The notes under the pieces were generated by a model. The model searched no databases and had not been told where the DNA came from. It saw nothing but the letters and a program-made list of their open reading frames with translations. The position numbers and the translations under genes are program-made. Of a stretch of 64,000 nt of DNA, positions 21,848-32,226 are shown piece by piece. Where the stretch lies: contig CM000430.1 in assembly GCA_000165345.1 (NCBI GenBank), forward strand, positions 416,001 through 480,000, given 5' to 3'. Numbering within the stretch: the stretch's first letter is position 1; every line of letters begins with the position of its first letter.

Positions 21848-24766
21848 TCAAATCCACTTTTTTAGCTGATTTCTCTTTGAGAAATAAATGGAAATAGCTG
21901 TGATAGTTAGTATTAAAAATACCGTATTGATTATATTATAATAATTGAAATCATAAGGTAAAAGATCGAATGATGTATTTGGATATATTTCAAATACCTC
22001 TAGGGAATTAAATCCAACTGAAAGTAATTTACTTTTTGATTCATATGTTTCATGTGGGAATGAAAATATTTTTTTGCTGTTGAATTTCGTTGAAAATTTA
22101 ATTCTTTCTGATAGAATGGATTGGTAGAAAGGTAGATTACTGTTATGGATCAAGTTTTTCTTTTTACTTTTGTTAGGTCTTAATGTAGAGAATAATCTCT
22201 CTGGGATGCATTCAAATACGTTGCTTTTCTCACTCCCAAAGAGTATTATTTTGGAAGCTAATGATTCTGATGTTTTACTTAATAATGAGTAATCAATTGG
22301 TAGTTCATAGTTGTACAAGAATGTGGTTTCTTGGACATGAACATGCTTTTCAGAGTATATTTTTGACTCTTTTACATTTTTTTTGCTGGAAACCAGGAAT
22401 ATAAATTTGTCTAGCATATTAATACCCGTAGAAGTTTCATCTTTAATGAATTGAAATAATTCAAGAATTAAAATAACCGGTACTTTGTAATTTGAATGAA
22501 ATGACGTAATCAAAATGATATTTTGAAAAATTTCAAGTGTAAATGGAGGTTCAAACATTTTAGGCAAAAAAGATGAATATATTAAATTTCCATTAATTTG
22601 ATTAAACAAGAGAACTTTCTTTTTACTCGTAATAACGCCTAGCAAATACGGATAGTCAAATCTATTAATAATATTATATTTTTCATCAACAATTACTGGA
22701 AAACTTTTGCAATAGCTGCACTCAGGTGTAGAATAAACTGAAATTGCTTCGTCAAGATCAAATACATATTGCCAATGCACTTCTGAATCATACCCAGAGA
22801 TCATTTTATAACATTTAATTATGTTAGATTCATTTGTAAAATAAAAATAAGATTGATCTTTGATATTTACAGTTTTGTTGTCTAAGCCCAAAAATTTTGT
22901 TTTATTATGTTTGTCTAACAATATTAGCAGTGGGTTAATATTTTGCTTATTTGAGGTAAAGGGAGGGGTAGAAACTATCAATTTTGATGACTCAATATAA
23001 CTTTCAATTGAAATAGTTTTCCCAGAAAGAATTTCTATTCTTAAAATACTGGATTGATCAACAATAACCAATTCAGGCAATATCTTTCTCAAAACAAATA
23101 GCTTTTTTTTATATAGCTTAAGATGATCCTTTTGTCTTAAACTATCATTTCTCCAAATTATCTGGTGGTTATCAATATTATAGGCAAAAACTGAAAAATA
23201 CTTATTTATCGTAAACATAATAGTCCCGAATATCATCATATTTAAATTAGTTTTTGAATAGTTCGAGTAATTGTATAAATGTGCTCCGTTAATAAAACTT
23301 GAATTTTCGTAATTAATAGTATTACCTAAATTATAAGTGTGATTTCCTCGATTAAGATAAAACAAAATATTATTTTTATAATAGTCAGGGTCTGCACTAG
23401 TTGAAATTACGCCTTCATATATGCCATTTATTTTTGGACTAAAGCATTTTAAGGTTGTCCCATCACAATTTAACGAAATTGAGACTAAAAGTGAGTCATC
23501 CCACTGTAATAATAAGCCCATATTAGTAGAATATATTAAGTTTACGATTGGGCCATGCACCATTTTATTGTTTTTATTGAAATATTCAATCTTTAAATTG
23601 TATCTAAAAATTTTGTTGTCTCTAATGGAGGTAAAATAATTGAAGATAGTTGTAATACTTAAAATATTTGTAAGATCATTGTAACTTATTATTACTATAA
23701 ACCTAGAGTCATTTTCTTCGTCTTGAATAATCATTGCATTAGAACTTTGAACATTATCATTAATTGAGGAAAATGATTCAAGTATATAACTTGGATTAGA
23801 TTCAAATATATGGAAAATTTGATATCCTTTATTATATTTTTTCTTTGTTAATGTGATACCCATTTCAGAATTTTTGACCTGTCTTAGAGTTAATTCCTCC
23901 AAAATTGAACTGCAAATATTATTAAATGAAGACATATTAACTTTTGAATAAAAGTAATTTTTATTATTCTCGTCAATATTATAAGTAAATAGTCCGATAC
24001 TTTCGTTAATTGTGAACAATAAATTCATTATTCGACTTTTACCATTTAATGTTATTATCCCAGAGTTATAAAGAATTTTTTTTTCAGGGTCTATTTTTAT
24101 TTCGCGTCTAGGGTACTCATTAAGATTCTTATCGAGTGGGATAAAATCATAAATTTCGATTTCATTTTTCAATTCATTATAAACAATAGTTAATTGTTTG
24201 TTCATTTCATCAGTGTGGAAAAATAGGAAGATTTTGTGGGTACTTAATGAAAATCGTTCAAGTATACGACCATTTGACTCGTCAATAACGAAGTAGTGAT
24301 TGCCTATTGTTAGGAGAAGTTTACCAGGCAAATAGAATAATTTTCTTGTAAACTTTGAAATTGAGACATCCAATTCCAAGTCCCAATTTAGATTAATTTT
24401 TCCAAGGTTGTTAACCTTTATTTTTCTTAATACTGCTCTGCTATTAAATTGTTTTACAAGAATAATAAATGATTCGTTCCCAATTTTGATAAAATCGATA
24501 AGCTGATCTTGAGGAGAGTATTCTTGAATATTTCCTAGAATATCGGAGTTTTTCGTAGATATCACTCTTCCATTTTCAAAAAAAAACAGATTATTTTCCG
24601 AATGGTCAATAACTGAATAAATTGAGTCAATTCCAACTTTACTAATTCTCTTTGTCGAATTTATCCTTTCAAAAAAATTGCAAAATAAAGTAGCTATTAA
24701 AAGAAAGGTAATTCGAAGACAAAACATTTGGTTACGAGTTAAAACTAAAATTTGTGATAAAAACAA
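21848..24766 (-). CDS. Type I membrane glycoprotein, 972 aa; possibly ER membrane protein complex subunit EMC1-like
   Basis: N-terminal signal/anchor (ITFLLIATLFCNFF), a long N-rich lumenal region, a single C-terminal TM (IINTVFLILTITAISIYF) and a very short basic tail ending ...KKWI. Size and topology resemble EMC1. The assignment is by architecture only. Confidence 0.45.
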   Translation of the reverse strand: MFLSQILVLTRNQMFCLRITFLLIATLFCNFFERINSTKRISKVGIDSIYSVIDHSENNLFFFENGRVISTKNSDILGNIQEYSPQDQLIDFIKIGNESFIILVKQFNSRAVLRKIKVNNLGKINLNWDLELDVSISKFTRKLFYLPGKLLLTIGNHYFVIDESNGRILERFSLSTHKIFLFFHTDEMNKQLTIVYNELKNEIEIYDFIPLDKNLNEYPRREIKIDPEKKILYNSGIITLNGKSRIMNLLFTINESIGLFTYNIDENNKNYFYSKVNMSSFNNICSSILEELTLRQVKNSEMGITLTKKKYNKGYQIFHIFESNPSYILESFSSINDNVQSSNAMIIQDEENDSRFIVIISYNDLTNILSITTIFNYFTSIRDNKIFRYNLKIEYFNKNNKMVHGPIVNLIYSTNMGLLLQWDDSLLVSISLNCDGTTLKCFSPKINGIYEGVISTSADPDYYKNNILFYLNRGNHTYNLGNTINYENSSFINGAHLYNYSNYSKTNLNMMIFGTIMFTINKYFSVFAYNIDNHQIIWRNDSLRQKDHLKLYKKKLFVLRKILPELVIVDQSSILRIEILSGKTISIESYIESSKLIVSTPPFTSNKQNINPLLILLDKHNKTKFLGLDNKTVNIKDQSYFYFTNESNIIKCYKMISGYDSEVHWQYVFDLDEAISVYSTPECSYCKSFPVIVDEKYNIINRFDYPYLLGVITSKKKVLLFNQINGNLIYSSFLPKMFEPPFTLEIFQNIILITSFHSNYKVPVILILELFQFIKDETSTGINMLDKFIFLVSSKKNVKESKIYSEKHVHVQETTFLYNYELPIDYSLLSKTSESLASKIILFGSEKSNVFECIPERLFSTLRPNKSKKKNLIHNSNLPFYQSILSERIKFSTKFNSKKIFSFPHETYESKSKLLSVGFNSLEVFEIYPNTSFDLLPYDFNYYNIINTVFLILTITAISIYFSKRNQLKKWI

Positions 24767-24870
24767 AATATTATTTCCAAAATATGAATATTCTAAAATT
24801 TAGATACATCTATCGTGATAAATTAATTTATACAGTTTTTGGTAACCTTTTGGGGGGCAGCGGGATTAAA

Positions 24871-26559
24871 CTAGTCAAACTGGCAAACCACATCATCCCA
24901 CTTATTCAATTGTTTGCTACAGATAGCTTTTTGTTTTAAAGGTTTTTCATCTATGAAGTTCATATTTTCATTATTATACTCAAATTCCTTACATTTATTA
25001 ATTCTCTCAATATCTTGTGCCTTAAACTTGATCATATTTTCATCGGTAGATTCTTGAATTGCAAATTCAGAGGAACTTTGTGGAGGAGGAATAAAATATG
25101 GTATTTTCCCAACAATCCAATCATTAAGTATAATCTTTGCAGTTGTAATTAAGTCTATTTCTCCTCCACGTAAAACCTTCCCTAATCTTTTACCTACAAG
25201 AGTTAAAAATTCATCGGAATTTTTCCAATTATCTGTACTTTTTAGATTATATTTTTCTTTTATATGCCTTTCTTTAACAATATTTAATAATTGTTTTATA
25301 TAAATGCATGGGTCAGAAAGCTTTTCAGGTCTGACCGCTCCTCTCAGTACCACATTATAACTTGATGCATTTTCTGGTGGAACAATACCAGGGCAATCAA
25401 TTAGATATATTCTGTGAGTCAAGTGAATATACTGCCAGATCTTTGTTTCTCCTGCAATGGGAGCAACACTACAAACTTTACTCCCTCTTAAAGTATTGAT
25501 TATGCTAGATTTTCCTACGTTTGGATAGCCAATAAAGCCAACACTAACATGTTTTTTATCACTTAATAAGGATGCATATTGCCTCAAAACATGAAATAAA
25601 GTTCTTTTTCCAAATGAATTTGTAATACTTGAATGAAATGCAATAGTTGGTCTAATAGATCCATAAAAAGAAATCCACTTAGTAGCCACCCATTTAGGAA
25701 TTAAATCAACCTTATTTAATACAAACAAAATATGCTTGTTTTGATATTCTTTAGATATATATTCCTCTAAATATTTACACCTTGTACCTTCAGGATCCCT
25801 TGAATCCAAAACATGAATAATTATATCAGAACTATCAATAACCTTGTATAGTTCTTGCCAGATTCTCCTTGAAGTTCCTTTTCTTAACACTGAATCGTCA
25901 TTTAATAGGTCGAAACCTTCAAATTCACCTTTTCTTTCTGTTTTTTCAAGGTAAAAATCATTAGTTTCAAAACTATTGGGCTGCTCTTGGCTATAATTGT
26001 TATGAGTTTGTTCTATATTACTAGCTAATTCACTCAAGTTATCAAATTGAAAGATAATTTTAGGTTTTTTTCTTCTTTCATGCCCTTGGCCAAAAGTACG
26101 ATTATAAGGCTCTACATTTAATAAGTTAATTTTCTCACGAGTAAATTTCTCTGGACGAGAATTATTGTTCAAAAGAGAAGTTGGAAGTTTAGATCTTTTT
26201 AAAACGACAGAAAATGGATCTGATGATGCATTGGAGATTTCCTCGCGAAATGTTTCTAATTTATTTTGAGTGATTACTCTTGTATTTCCAAACCATTTTC
26301 TATCTGGCTCGATTCTGACCATAGTTCCTGAAGGCCGATCATTATTTGATAATTTTCCCCTTTCATTGTACATATTTAGCCTATTTATTGTATTTTTAGT
26401 TCTGTAAAAACCATTTTTCTTGTTTTCTCCTAACTTTCTATCTGGATTGGTGGACGCTGAGCTTTTTGAAATTGAAACTGTATTTTTTGATTTTTTAAGA
26501 GAGCGTATGGATTTTACACGCTCAATACCTGAACTTAGCCTTTTAGTTTTTTTTGTCAT
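24871..26559 (-). CDS. Nucleolar GTPase Nog2/GNL2 (circularly permuted GTPase), 562 aa
   Basis: NGP1 N-terminal domain (GFYRTKNT...RLNMY...EPDRKWFGNTRVITQNKLETFREE). Permuted G motifs in order G4 NKVDLIP, G1 GYPNVGKSS, G3 DCPGIV. Confidence 0.9.
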   Translation of the reverse strand: MTKKTKRLSSGIERVKSIRSLKKSKNTVSISKSSASTNPDRKLGENKKNGFYRTKNTINRLNMYNERGKLSNNDRPSGTMVRIEPDRKWFGNTRVITQNKLETFREEISNASSDPFSVVLKRSKLPTSLLNNNSRPEKFTREKINLLNVEPYNRTFGQGHERRKKPKIIFQFDNLSELASNIEQTHNNYSQEQPNSFETNDFYLEKTERKGEFEGFDLLNDDSVLRKGTSRRIWQELYKVIDSSDIIIHVLDSRDPEGTRCKYLEEYISKEYQNKHILFVLNKVDLIPKWVATKWISFYGSIRPTIAFHSSITNSFGKRTLFHVLRQYASLLSDKKHVSVGFIGYPNVGKSSIINTLRGSKVCSVAPIAGETKIWQYIHLTHRIYLIDCPGIVPPENASSYNVVLRGAVRPEKLSDPCIYIKQLLNIVKERHIKEKYNLKSTDNWKNSDEFLTLVGKRLGKVLRGGEIDLITTAKIILNDWIVGKIPYFIPPPQSSSEFAIQESTDENMIKFKAQDIERINKCKEFEYNNENMNFIDEKPLKQKAICSKQLNKWDDVVCQFD

Positions 26560-26769
26560 TTTATAGTTAACTTAATATTTCTACTATTGAATCGCTGAAT
26601 CTTTTTGTCAAACATGACCGCTGTCGATTAATTATTAAAATATTTGGAAAAGGCGCCTATACATTCAAAAGTGAATTACAATATGAACATTCATGACATT
26701 ATAAAAGGGAGTAATACATATTCTTTCAAAAATAATCTAACTAATTGAGACAAATTTACTGAAATAGTG

Positions 26770-27120
26770 TTATTCATTTGAATCTTCAATAATTACCATT
26801 CCTTCGATCACATCAGTATCAATAATATGTATGATTGTATCCCAATCTAGATCATTATTTCCATTTTTCGAATTACTAGTTGAGTTAATAAATCCTTTTT
26901 TCATGTTTGAATTTTGAGTTTTGTGTTTTACTATTAAACTAAAGCTCTCGTTATCGCTGCATTCATCCAATTCTGATGAGCTAGTTTTCCTGATACTTGA
27001 ATTCTTTTTTACTGAATTTTTTAGTCCTATTGAAATATTTGATTTGATCTTGCTTTTGTTATTTTCAACTTCGGTGTTGATTTCTTTAGAATAATTCGTT
27101 TTTGATTGCTCATTACCCAT
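26770..27120 (-). CDS. Small S/N-rich protein with a predicted N-myristoylation start (MGNEQSK), about 116 aa
   Basis: The ORF track extends through a poly-T tract (MYVDIYIYNCVFFFFFFF), which is implausible as coding. The first sensible ATG is at 27118..27120 and gives MGNEQSKTNYSK (Gly2/Ser6 myristoylation consensus). No homology recognised. Confidence 0.4.
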   Translation of the reverse strand: MGNEQSKTNYSKEINTEVENNKSKIKSNISIGLKNSVKKNSSIRKTSSSELDECSDNESFSLIVKHKTQNSNMKKGFINSTSNSKNGNNDLDWDTIIHIIDTDVIEGMVIIEDSNE

Positions 27121-27307
27121 ATGCCTTGAATAAATTTCGAGAAGAGCTAATAAAATAACAAAGCGTTGCAGAGCGCATGCAAAAAAAAAAAAAAAAAAAA
27201 ATACACAATTATAAATATATATATCTACGTACAAGAACGCACTTACATATTTTTATTAAAAATCAATAAATTAATATTTTAATAATTTATTTTTTAAAGT
27301 ATTAATA

Positions 27308-28516
27308 TCATCTGTGTAAATCATCCATTAGAATTTCTTTAAAACTAGGGTTGCTTGTGCCACCTTTTCTTCTTACTTCATTTTCAAAAATAGAGAAATC
27401 TTCTGAAACATTGGGAATCGACATATTTGATGAATCAATTCCCTCACAAATGAAACAACAACTTATTCTGTTTGATTTCATCCTTTTTAACAAAATTGAG
27501 CTATCGTCGCTTTGTATGTCTCGCTTTGATTGATCACAATCAAATCCAGCTTCAGGGTCAATGATAAGGTCTCCAAACTCAAAGTCAAGAAATTTGGATA
27601 TATCAAAGTTACTAGTTGTAAATGGTGGCCTTGTCATAGTAGGTAAAAACCATCTCCACGAAAACTTCGAGCCAAAAACCTGAATAAATAAGGAATATGC
27701 ACTTTTTTTTTTACTATATAAGTATTCTTGTTTTAAATGTTCAATTCCAGTTGTATTATTGATGATACAAACGACTTGATCAACAAACATTGCTATACAG
27801 AAAATTCCAAATATCAAGCCCTCAATAATCACACTAAAACCGAGTATAAACGATATTGGAGTGATGGTGCAGTCATAGTAGGGCGTTTCATTGGCTTTTT
27901 GGTTAAAATTTAATAATTCAGTTGTAGAGCTTAAAAGCTGAAAATCTAAATAAGAGTCATTAATATCGCTTGGATTTGGTAAAGGATATGAGATGCATTT
28001 ATAAAAACGAAGGCAAATAAGTATTAGCGAATAAGCACAAAAAAGGAACACATAAGCCAAAAATAGCAAAAAATGTTTTTGATTATTTATTCCAACACAA
28101 TTATTAATCCAGGGACAGTGGTGGTCCATTTTAAATATGCACCTTTTGCAAACCGAACAATGGTGCGTCCTTGGAGGTTTTAGATTATTACATTTCGCGC
28201 ATGAGCGAATAGAAACAGTTTGAGTCTGAAGTTCAATAGGTAATAAAATCTCGCCTTTATCACCATTGTTTGGCATCACTCCGGGATCAGTTGTGGTACA
28301 TGATAGATGACAAAATGAACAAATTATATATATAGAGTTACAAAGTATTAAATTAAATATAAATAAAATCCGTTCTCCTGAATCAAGAAATTTCTTTATG
28401 AAAAAGAAATTTAATATCAAAGCTGAATATAATAGTAGGAGTTCTGTAAGAATCATGCACAATATCCCGCAAATATCGTAAACAAACCAATTTGGTCTTG
28501 AGAAAATGTTCATCAT
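27308..28516 (-). CDS. zDHHC protein S-acyltransferase (palmitoyltransferase), 402 aa
   Basis: Canonical [51 protein letters not shown] flanked by four predicted TM helices. Confidence 0.85.
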   Translation of the reverse strand: MMNIFSRPNWFVYDICGILCMILTELLLLYSALILNFFFIKKFLDSGERILFIFNLILCNSIYIICSFCHLSCTTTDPGVMPNNGDKGEILLPIELQTQTVSIRSCAKCNNLKPPRTHHCSVCKRCIFKMDHHCPWINNCVGINNQKHFLLFLAYVFLFCAYSLILICLRFYKCISYPLPNPSDINDSYLDFQLLSSTTELLNFNQKANETPYYDCTITPISFILGFSVIIEGLIFGIFCIAMFVDQVVCIINNTTGIEHLKQEYLYSKKKSAYSLFIQVFGSKFSWRWFLPTMTRPPFTTSNFDISKFLDFEFGDLIIDPEAGFDCDQSKRDIQSDDSSILLKRMKSNRISCCFICEGIDSSNMSIPNVSEDFSIFENEVRRKGGTSNPSFKEILMDDLHR

Positions 28517-29056
28517 TCCATTATAATTGTTTCCATATAAATCTAAAAGTTATTTCAGAACCTTTAAGGATCGAAATTAACTAACTTGAACAATTTACTT
28601 GCATTCAAGTATAGCTTGACCGCCTTAAAGAACAACATAAAACATCGTCACGTTCGCCGCCATCATTGTCCAACAACACATCTGAAGAAGAATACAAATA
28701 GAAACAAAGAGAATATTAAAAATTCATTTGAATAACAAAAAGAATTATTAAAATACCTAAGGCGATTAAGTTAATATTCTATTTCAAATAAAGATCCAAG
28801 TACGGAAGTTTGTGCTTGAATGCATCGCAAACTCTAGCAGATCAAAGTTCAGAATGCAAGTTTATAACAACAAATCCGTAAATTATTAATAGTAGAATAT
28901 ATACGAAACTCCCAAGTGGCTCAAAAACTGCCTATGCTTAACCGATAAGATTGAATTCTGAGGGCATTTAAGCGTAAAAACAGTCAAAAGTTACCTTTTT
29001 TTTTATCCTTGGAGTTAAAGTAGGGTATCAGTAGCTTAAAATATGTCAAACACAAG

Positions 29057-29347
29057 TTACTTATGAGCTGCCATATTCAATGGTCTTGCTACAGTTCCCT
29101 CTCTAAATCCATTCTTAAAGCGTCTAGCCATGGTCTTGAGATGCCTCATTCTACCAGTTCCAGTTGTTCTACGTCTCTTCGCCTTTTGACCCCAGTTGTA
29201 TGACCTCATTTTCGCTGATGGATAACCACATGAAGCACATCGTTTCTTTTGAACCATATAGGATCTTTGGCCGCAACGTCGGCATAGGAAATGAGTCTTG
29301 CCATGGTGCTTACCACGACTACCTGTACCTTTTCCTGCCTTACCCAT
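29057..29347 (-). CDS. RPL37: 60S ribosomal protein eL37, 96 aa
   Basis: [26 protein letters not shown]...[16 protein letters not shown]: the eL37 C4 zinc-ribbon signature, highly conserved. Confidence 0.9.
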   Translation of the reverse strand: MGKAGKGTGSRGKHHGKTHFLCRRCGQRSYMVQKKRCASCGYPSAKMRSYNWGQKAKRRRTTGTGRMRHLKTMARRFKNGFREGTVARPLNMAAHK

Positions 29348-29693
29348 GTTTCTTGAACTACTCTAACTTAGTGTATTACACAGTCTTACTCTTAAGAATG
29401 AGGAAGTTTTGTACAGATGTTACTTTTATTCGATTTAGTAATTCGGCAGAGAAAACTGTCTTATTAATTTAAGGCCCACGTCTATGATGAAGACAAATAA
29501 TGGTAACGTAATATACATTAAATCGCGCTTTTAACTTATTTTTAGTTTACATTCATCTGAATAATAAGACAGGACAAAATGGGCGTGTCAATTGCTATCA
29601 ATTTAATCAATTACTTAGAAAAAAATCGTACACGTCTTCTAAGCGGGGAAAAAGCTGTTAAAAAAATTAAAAAATTATTAGGACTTAGACTAC

Positions 29694-30905
29694 CTAAACT
29701 TGAATAATACGCGTAAGTCTCTGCAATCTATTTAGCAATAAGTCACCTTTTTGAACGAGCTCGTTATATTGATTTATTTTTTTGTCATTTCTACTACAGA
29801 TTATTACTTGCTTAACTTTGTCAATTGTACATGAGAGTTTTGAAGAAGATATGAAAGTTACAATATCTTTTTCTAGAAACTCTTGAGTAATTCCAAAAGA
29901 TTCTGCCATACTCAAAATAGAAACGGATTCGTATGGCTCAAGATACTGTATGTATGCCTTAGACCTGACTATTCTCAAATAATACTTGTGGTGGCGATTA
30001 AAATAATAGTCCTTCTGTAGTATATAAGTGATGTTGACTAACCTTTCGAAGAATTGGCTATACCTTCCGTAGTAGAAACTCTCGATGAATTCAAGTAAAA
30101 ACTTGTTATCTGGTTGTAGCGCAATTTTTAATATATCAGGACTAGTTAGTAGCTTTGACTTAATGGTTCTCCTGTCTATGGAAATTATCGACGAAACTAT
30201 TGTATAAAATATTAGACGATCGAATGAAATTAGTTCAGCTGCTGTGAATGTAGTTAGCGAATCCAGAAATAGTTCTGAAGCGGCAGAGAAATTTCTAGTT
30301 ATAAGATAATATATTGCCTTATAGACTTTAAATCTATTTTTCCTTTCCCAGTCACTAGTAGTTTTGAAAAGGTCCTCTGCTCTCTTAATGTACTTGCTAA
30401 TTAGATTCAGATCATTCCAAAAAAAACCTGTTCTAATTCCAAGAAAAAGCAGTTCTAACTTGAATCCGCCTATTGTTTTCTCAATAGCGACTTCTAATTC
30501 TTGTAAACTCTTTTCTTTTGAACCAATTCTAGAATAAAATACTAATTTTTTATAGTGGCAGTTTCTTACTTCTACATCACCGTAGTTTTCTCTTGCATCT
30601 TTGATTTTTTCATTAATCTCATTTAATTCACTATTATTATCTTCTATTAATACATCCAAAAACTTTTCGTCATTATCTAGAATCTTAATATCTTTACTGA
30701 GAATTTTGAATAGTGGGGCCATACTATTTTTTTTAATATATGAAAGAATTTCATTTTTCATTGATTCCTTCTCACCAAATTTACAATATTTTGAATCCAG
30801 CTGGCAAATTTTTTCTGAAAGCTTTAGATCTGGGACTGATTGTAGCAACTCCTCGGGGTTCATAGATAAGTCCAACACTTCTTTTAACTTGTTTCCAATA
30901 CCCAT
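29694..30905 (-). CDS. 26S proteasome regulatory (lid) subunit Rpn7/PSMD6, PCI domain, 403 aa
   Basis: C-terminal block RHHKYYLRIVRSKAYIQYLEPYESVSILSMAESFGITQEFLEKDIVTFISSSKLSCTIDKV...KGDLLLNRLQRLTRII aligns with the Rpn7/PSMD6 PCI tail (...KGDLLLNRVQKLSRVI). Confidence 0.8.
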   Translation of the reverse strand: MGIGNKLKEVLDLSMNPEELLQSVPDLKLSEKICQLDSKYCKFGEKESMKNEILSYIKKNSMAPLFKILSKDIKILDNDEKFLDVLIEDNNSELNEINEKIKDARENYGDVEVRNCHYKKLVFYSRIGSKEKSLQELEVAIEKTIGGFKLELLFLGIRTGFFWNDLNLISKYIKRAEDLFKTTSDWERKNRFKVYKAIYYLITRNFSAASELFLDSLTTFTAAELISFDRLIFYTIVSSIISIDRRTIKSKLLTSPDILKIALQPDNKFLLEFIESFYYGRYSQFFERLVNITYILQKDYYFNRHHKYYLRIVRSKAYIQYLEPYESVSILSMAESFGITQEFLEKDIVTFISSSKLSCTIDKVKQVIICSRNDKKINQYNELVQKGDLLLNRLQRLTRIIQV

Positions 30906-31018
30906 ATCGATTCTTCAAATTAACGACATACAAATTCCAGTGTATGATCTAATACTGAGTTTTTTTCTTTTATAAAACTTATGAGTAATAAACCAATCCT
31001 ACCCCTCAGAATTAATCA

Positions 31019-31040
31019 TTTGGCGGCATGCAGAAGCGGC
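31019..31040. promoter_or_regulatory. E2F-like TTTGGCGGC overlapping GCATGC in the divergent promoter between Rpn7 and the 31330 gene
   Basis: catttggcggcatgcagaagcggc, read directly. Lies between divergently oriented starts at 30905 (minus) and 31330 (plus). Confidence 0.45.
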
Positions 31041-31329
31041 TATTTTTTTAAATTTTTTTTATTTTACTAATTTCACCTTGAAAATTACAACACATTTACT
31101 TTGATAAATATAGGGCAATTTGATTGTTTGTTCCAAATACAGCAGATGATCGATTATTGCCATTTGTTGAATTTCGTATCTTTTTATTGTTAGCTTGACA
31201 AATAATGATATACTTCGTATTTATTAATCAGATTGGTAAATTATTTGACTTATATATATCTTATTAAGGAATTTAAAAATTTGATTATTCTTAGATCCCC
31301 ATCCCAAATTATTTGATGATACACATCTT

Positions 31330-32190
31330 TTGAGAATGAACAAAACGATTTCTTCTGACAACCTTAAGGATGCAGTTAGAAAGTGGCATGCAAAGAGAAA
31401 AAAAGACTCAAATAACCAAGCAAATAGTGAAAACACGGGATCAGAACCTGAAGGTATATTTGGTACAAAGAAGCATGATGTTAGACACATTTCTGCATGG
31501 AGCCACAATAATTTTGTTGAATCAAACCAATTATCTCACTTCACAAATGAGCAAAAAAGACCAAGACCGACTGTAATAGAGAACAACATTAAATATATAT
31601 TTGATGGGCCTTTGTCTTTTGATACTATAATGGCATTGAAAAGGAAAAAATCAAATGTGATTTTTAGCAATAATGAAAAAATCCTCAATAACCCCAATAT
31701 TGAACAAAATGATTCTAAAAGCGCAATAAATCAATGCTACACACATCAAACAAATAACTCTCAGGTAATGGACAATTTTAAAGATGAAATTAATATTATA
31801 TACTCAAAGTCTATAAGCGCTGTTCAAAATTTTTTCAAGATCAGTTCAATGTCTGAGGTAATAAATTTACTAGAATACATTTTAAACTTTTTATCATTCA
31901 GCACTCAAGAGTTGATCAGTAGATATAATAAAAAAGCTTATTTTGACAGGCATGAGAAGTCACTAGGCATTTGCATTAATTTTATTTTAAACAAATCTAA
32001 TCTAACGGATGAACAGTTTGACGAAACATCACTGGAATACCTTGCCAAATATCCTAAAGTTTTTGAATCACTTAAGACGTTGACCAAAATCAATGGGTTA
32101 AATGATACGGTACCCAGCGAAATAAGTAATCATATTCAAAAGTTAAACTCGCAGATTGACAAGATTTACAATTTGCTATTAAATAGGTAA
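31330..32190 (+). CDS. Hypothetical protein, 286 aa
   Basis: An 861-nt ORF, an unlikely chance length at this AT content. No motif recognised. Confidence 0.4.
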   Translation: MRMNKTISSDNLKDAVRKWHAKRKKDSNNQANSENTGSEPEGIFGTKKHDVRHISAWSHNNFVESNQLSHFTNEQKRPRPTVIENNIKYIFDGPLSFDTIMALKRKKSNVIFSNNEKILNNPNIEQNDSKSAINQCYTHQTNNSQVMDNFKDEINIIYSKSISAVQNFFKISSMSEVINLLEYILNFLSFSTQELISRYNKKAYFDRHEKSLGICINFILNKSNLTDEQFDETSLEYLAKYPKVFESLKTLTKINGLNDTVPSEISNHIQKLNSQIDKIYNLLLNR

Positions 32191-32226
32191 ATTAAAATAA
32201 TTTTCGTGCTCAATTAGCTTGTAATC

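Noticed and set aside
26770-27234. The full 154-aa ORF beginning MYVDIYIYNCVFFFFFFF.
   Set aside because: Its first 38 codons read through a poly-T/poly-A promoter tract (27181..27201 is a 21-nt A run on the plus strand). The start was reassigned to the MGNEQSK methionine at 27120.
26770-28516. Functional coupling of the myristoylation-motif protein with the adjacent DHHC palmitoyltransferase, as a possible dual-acylation module.
   Set aside because: The small protein has no Cys near its N-terminus to be palmitoylated. The adjacency is most likely coincidental in this gene-dense genome.
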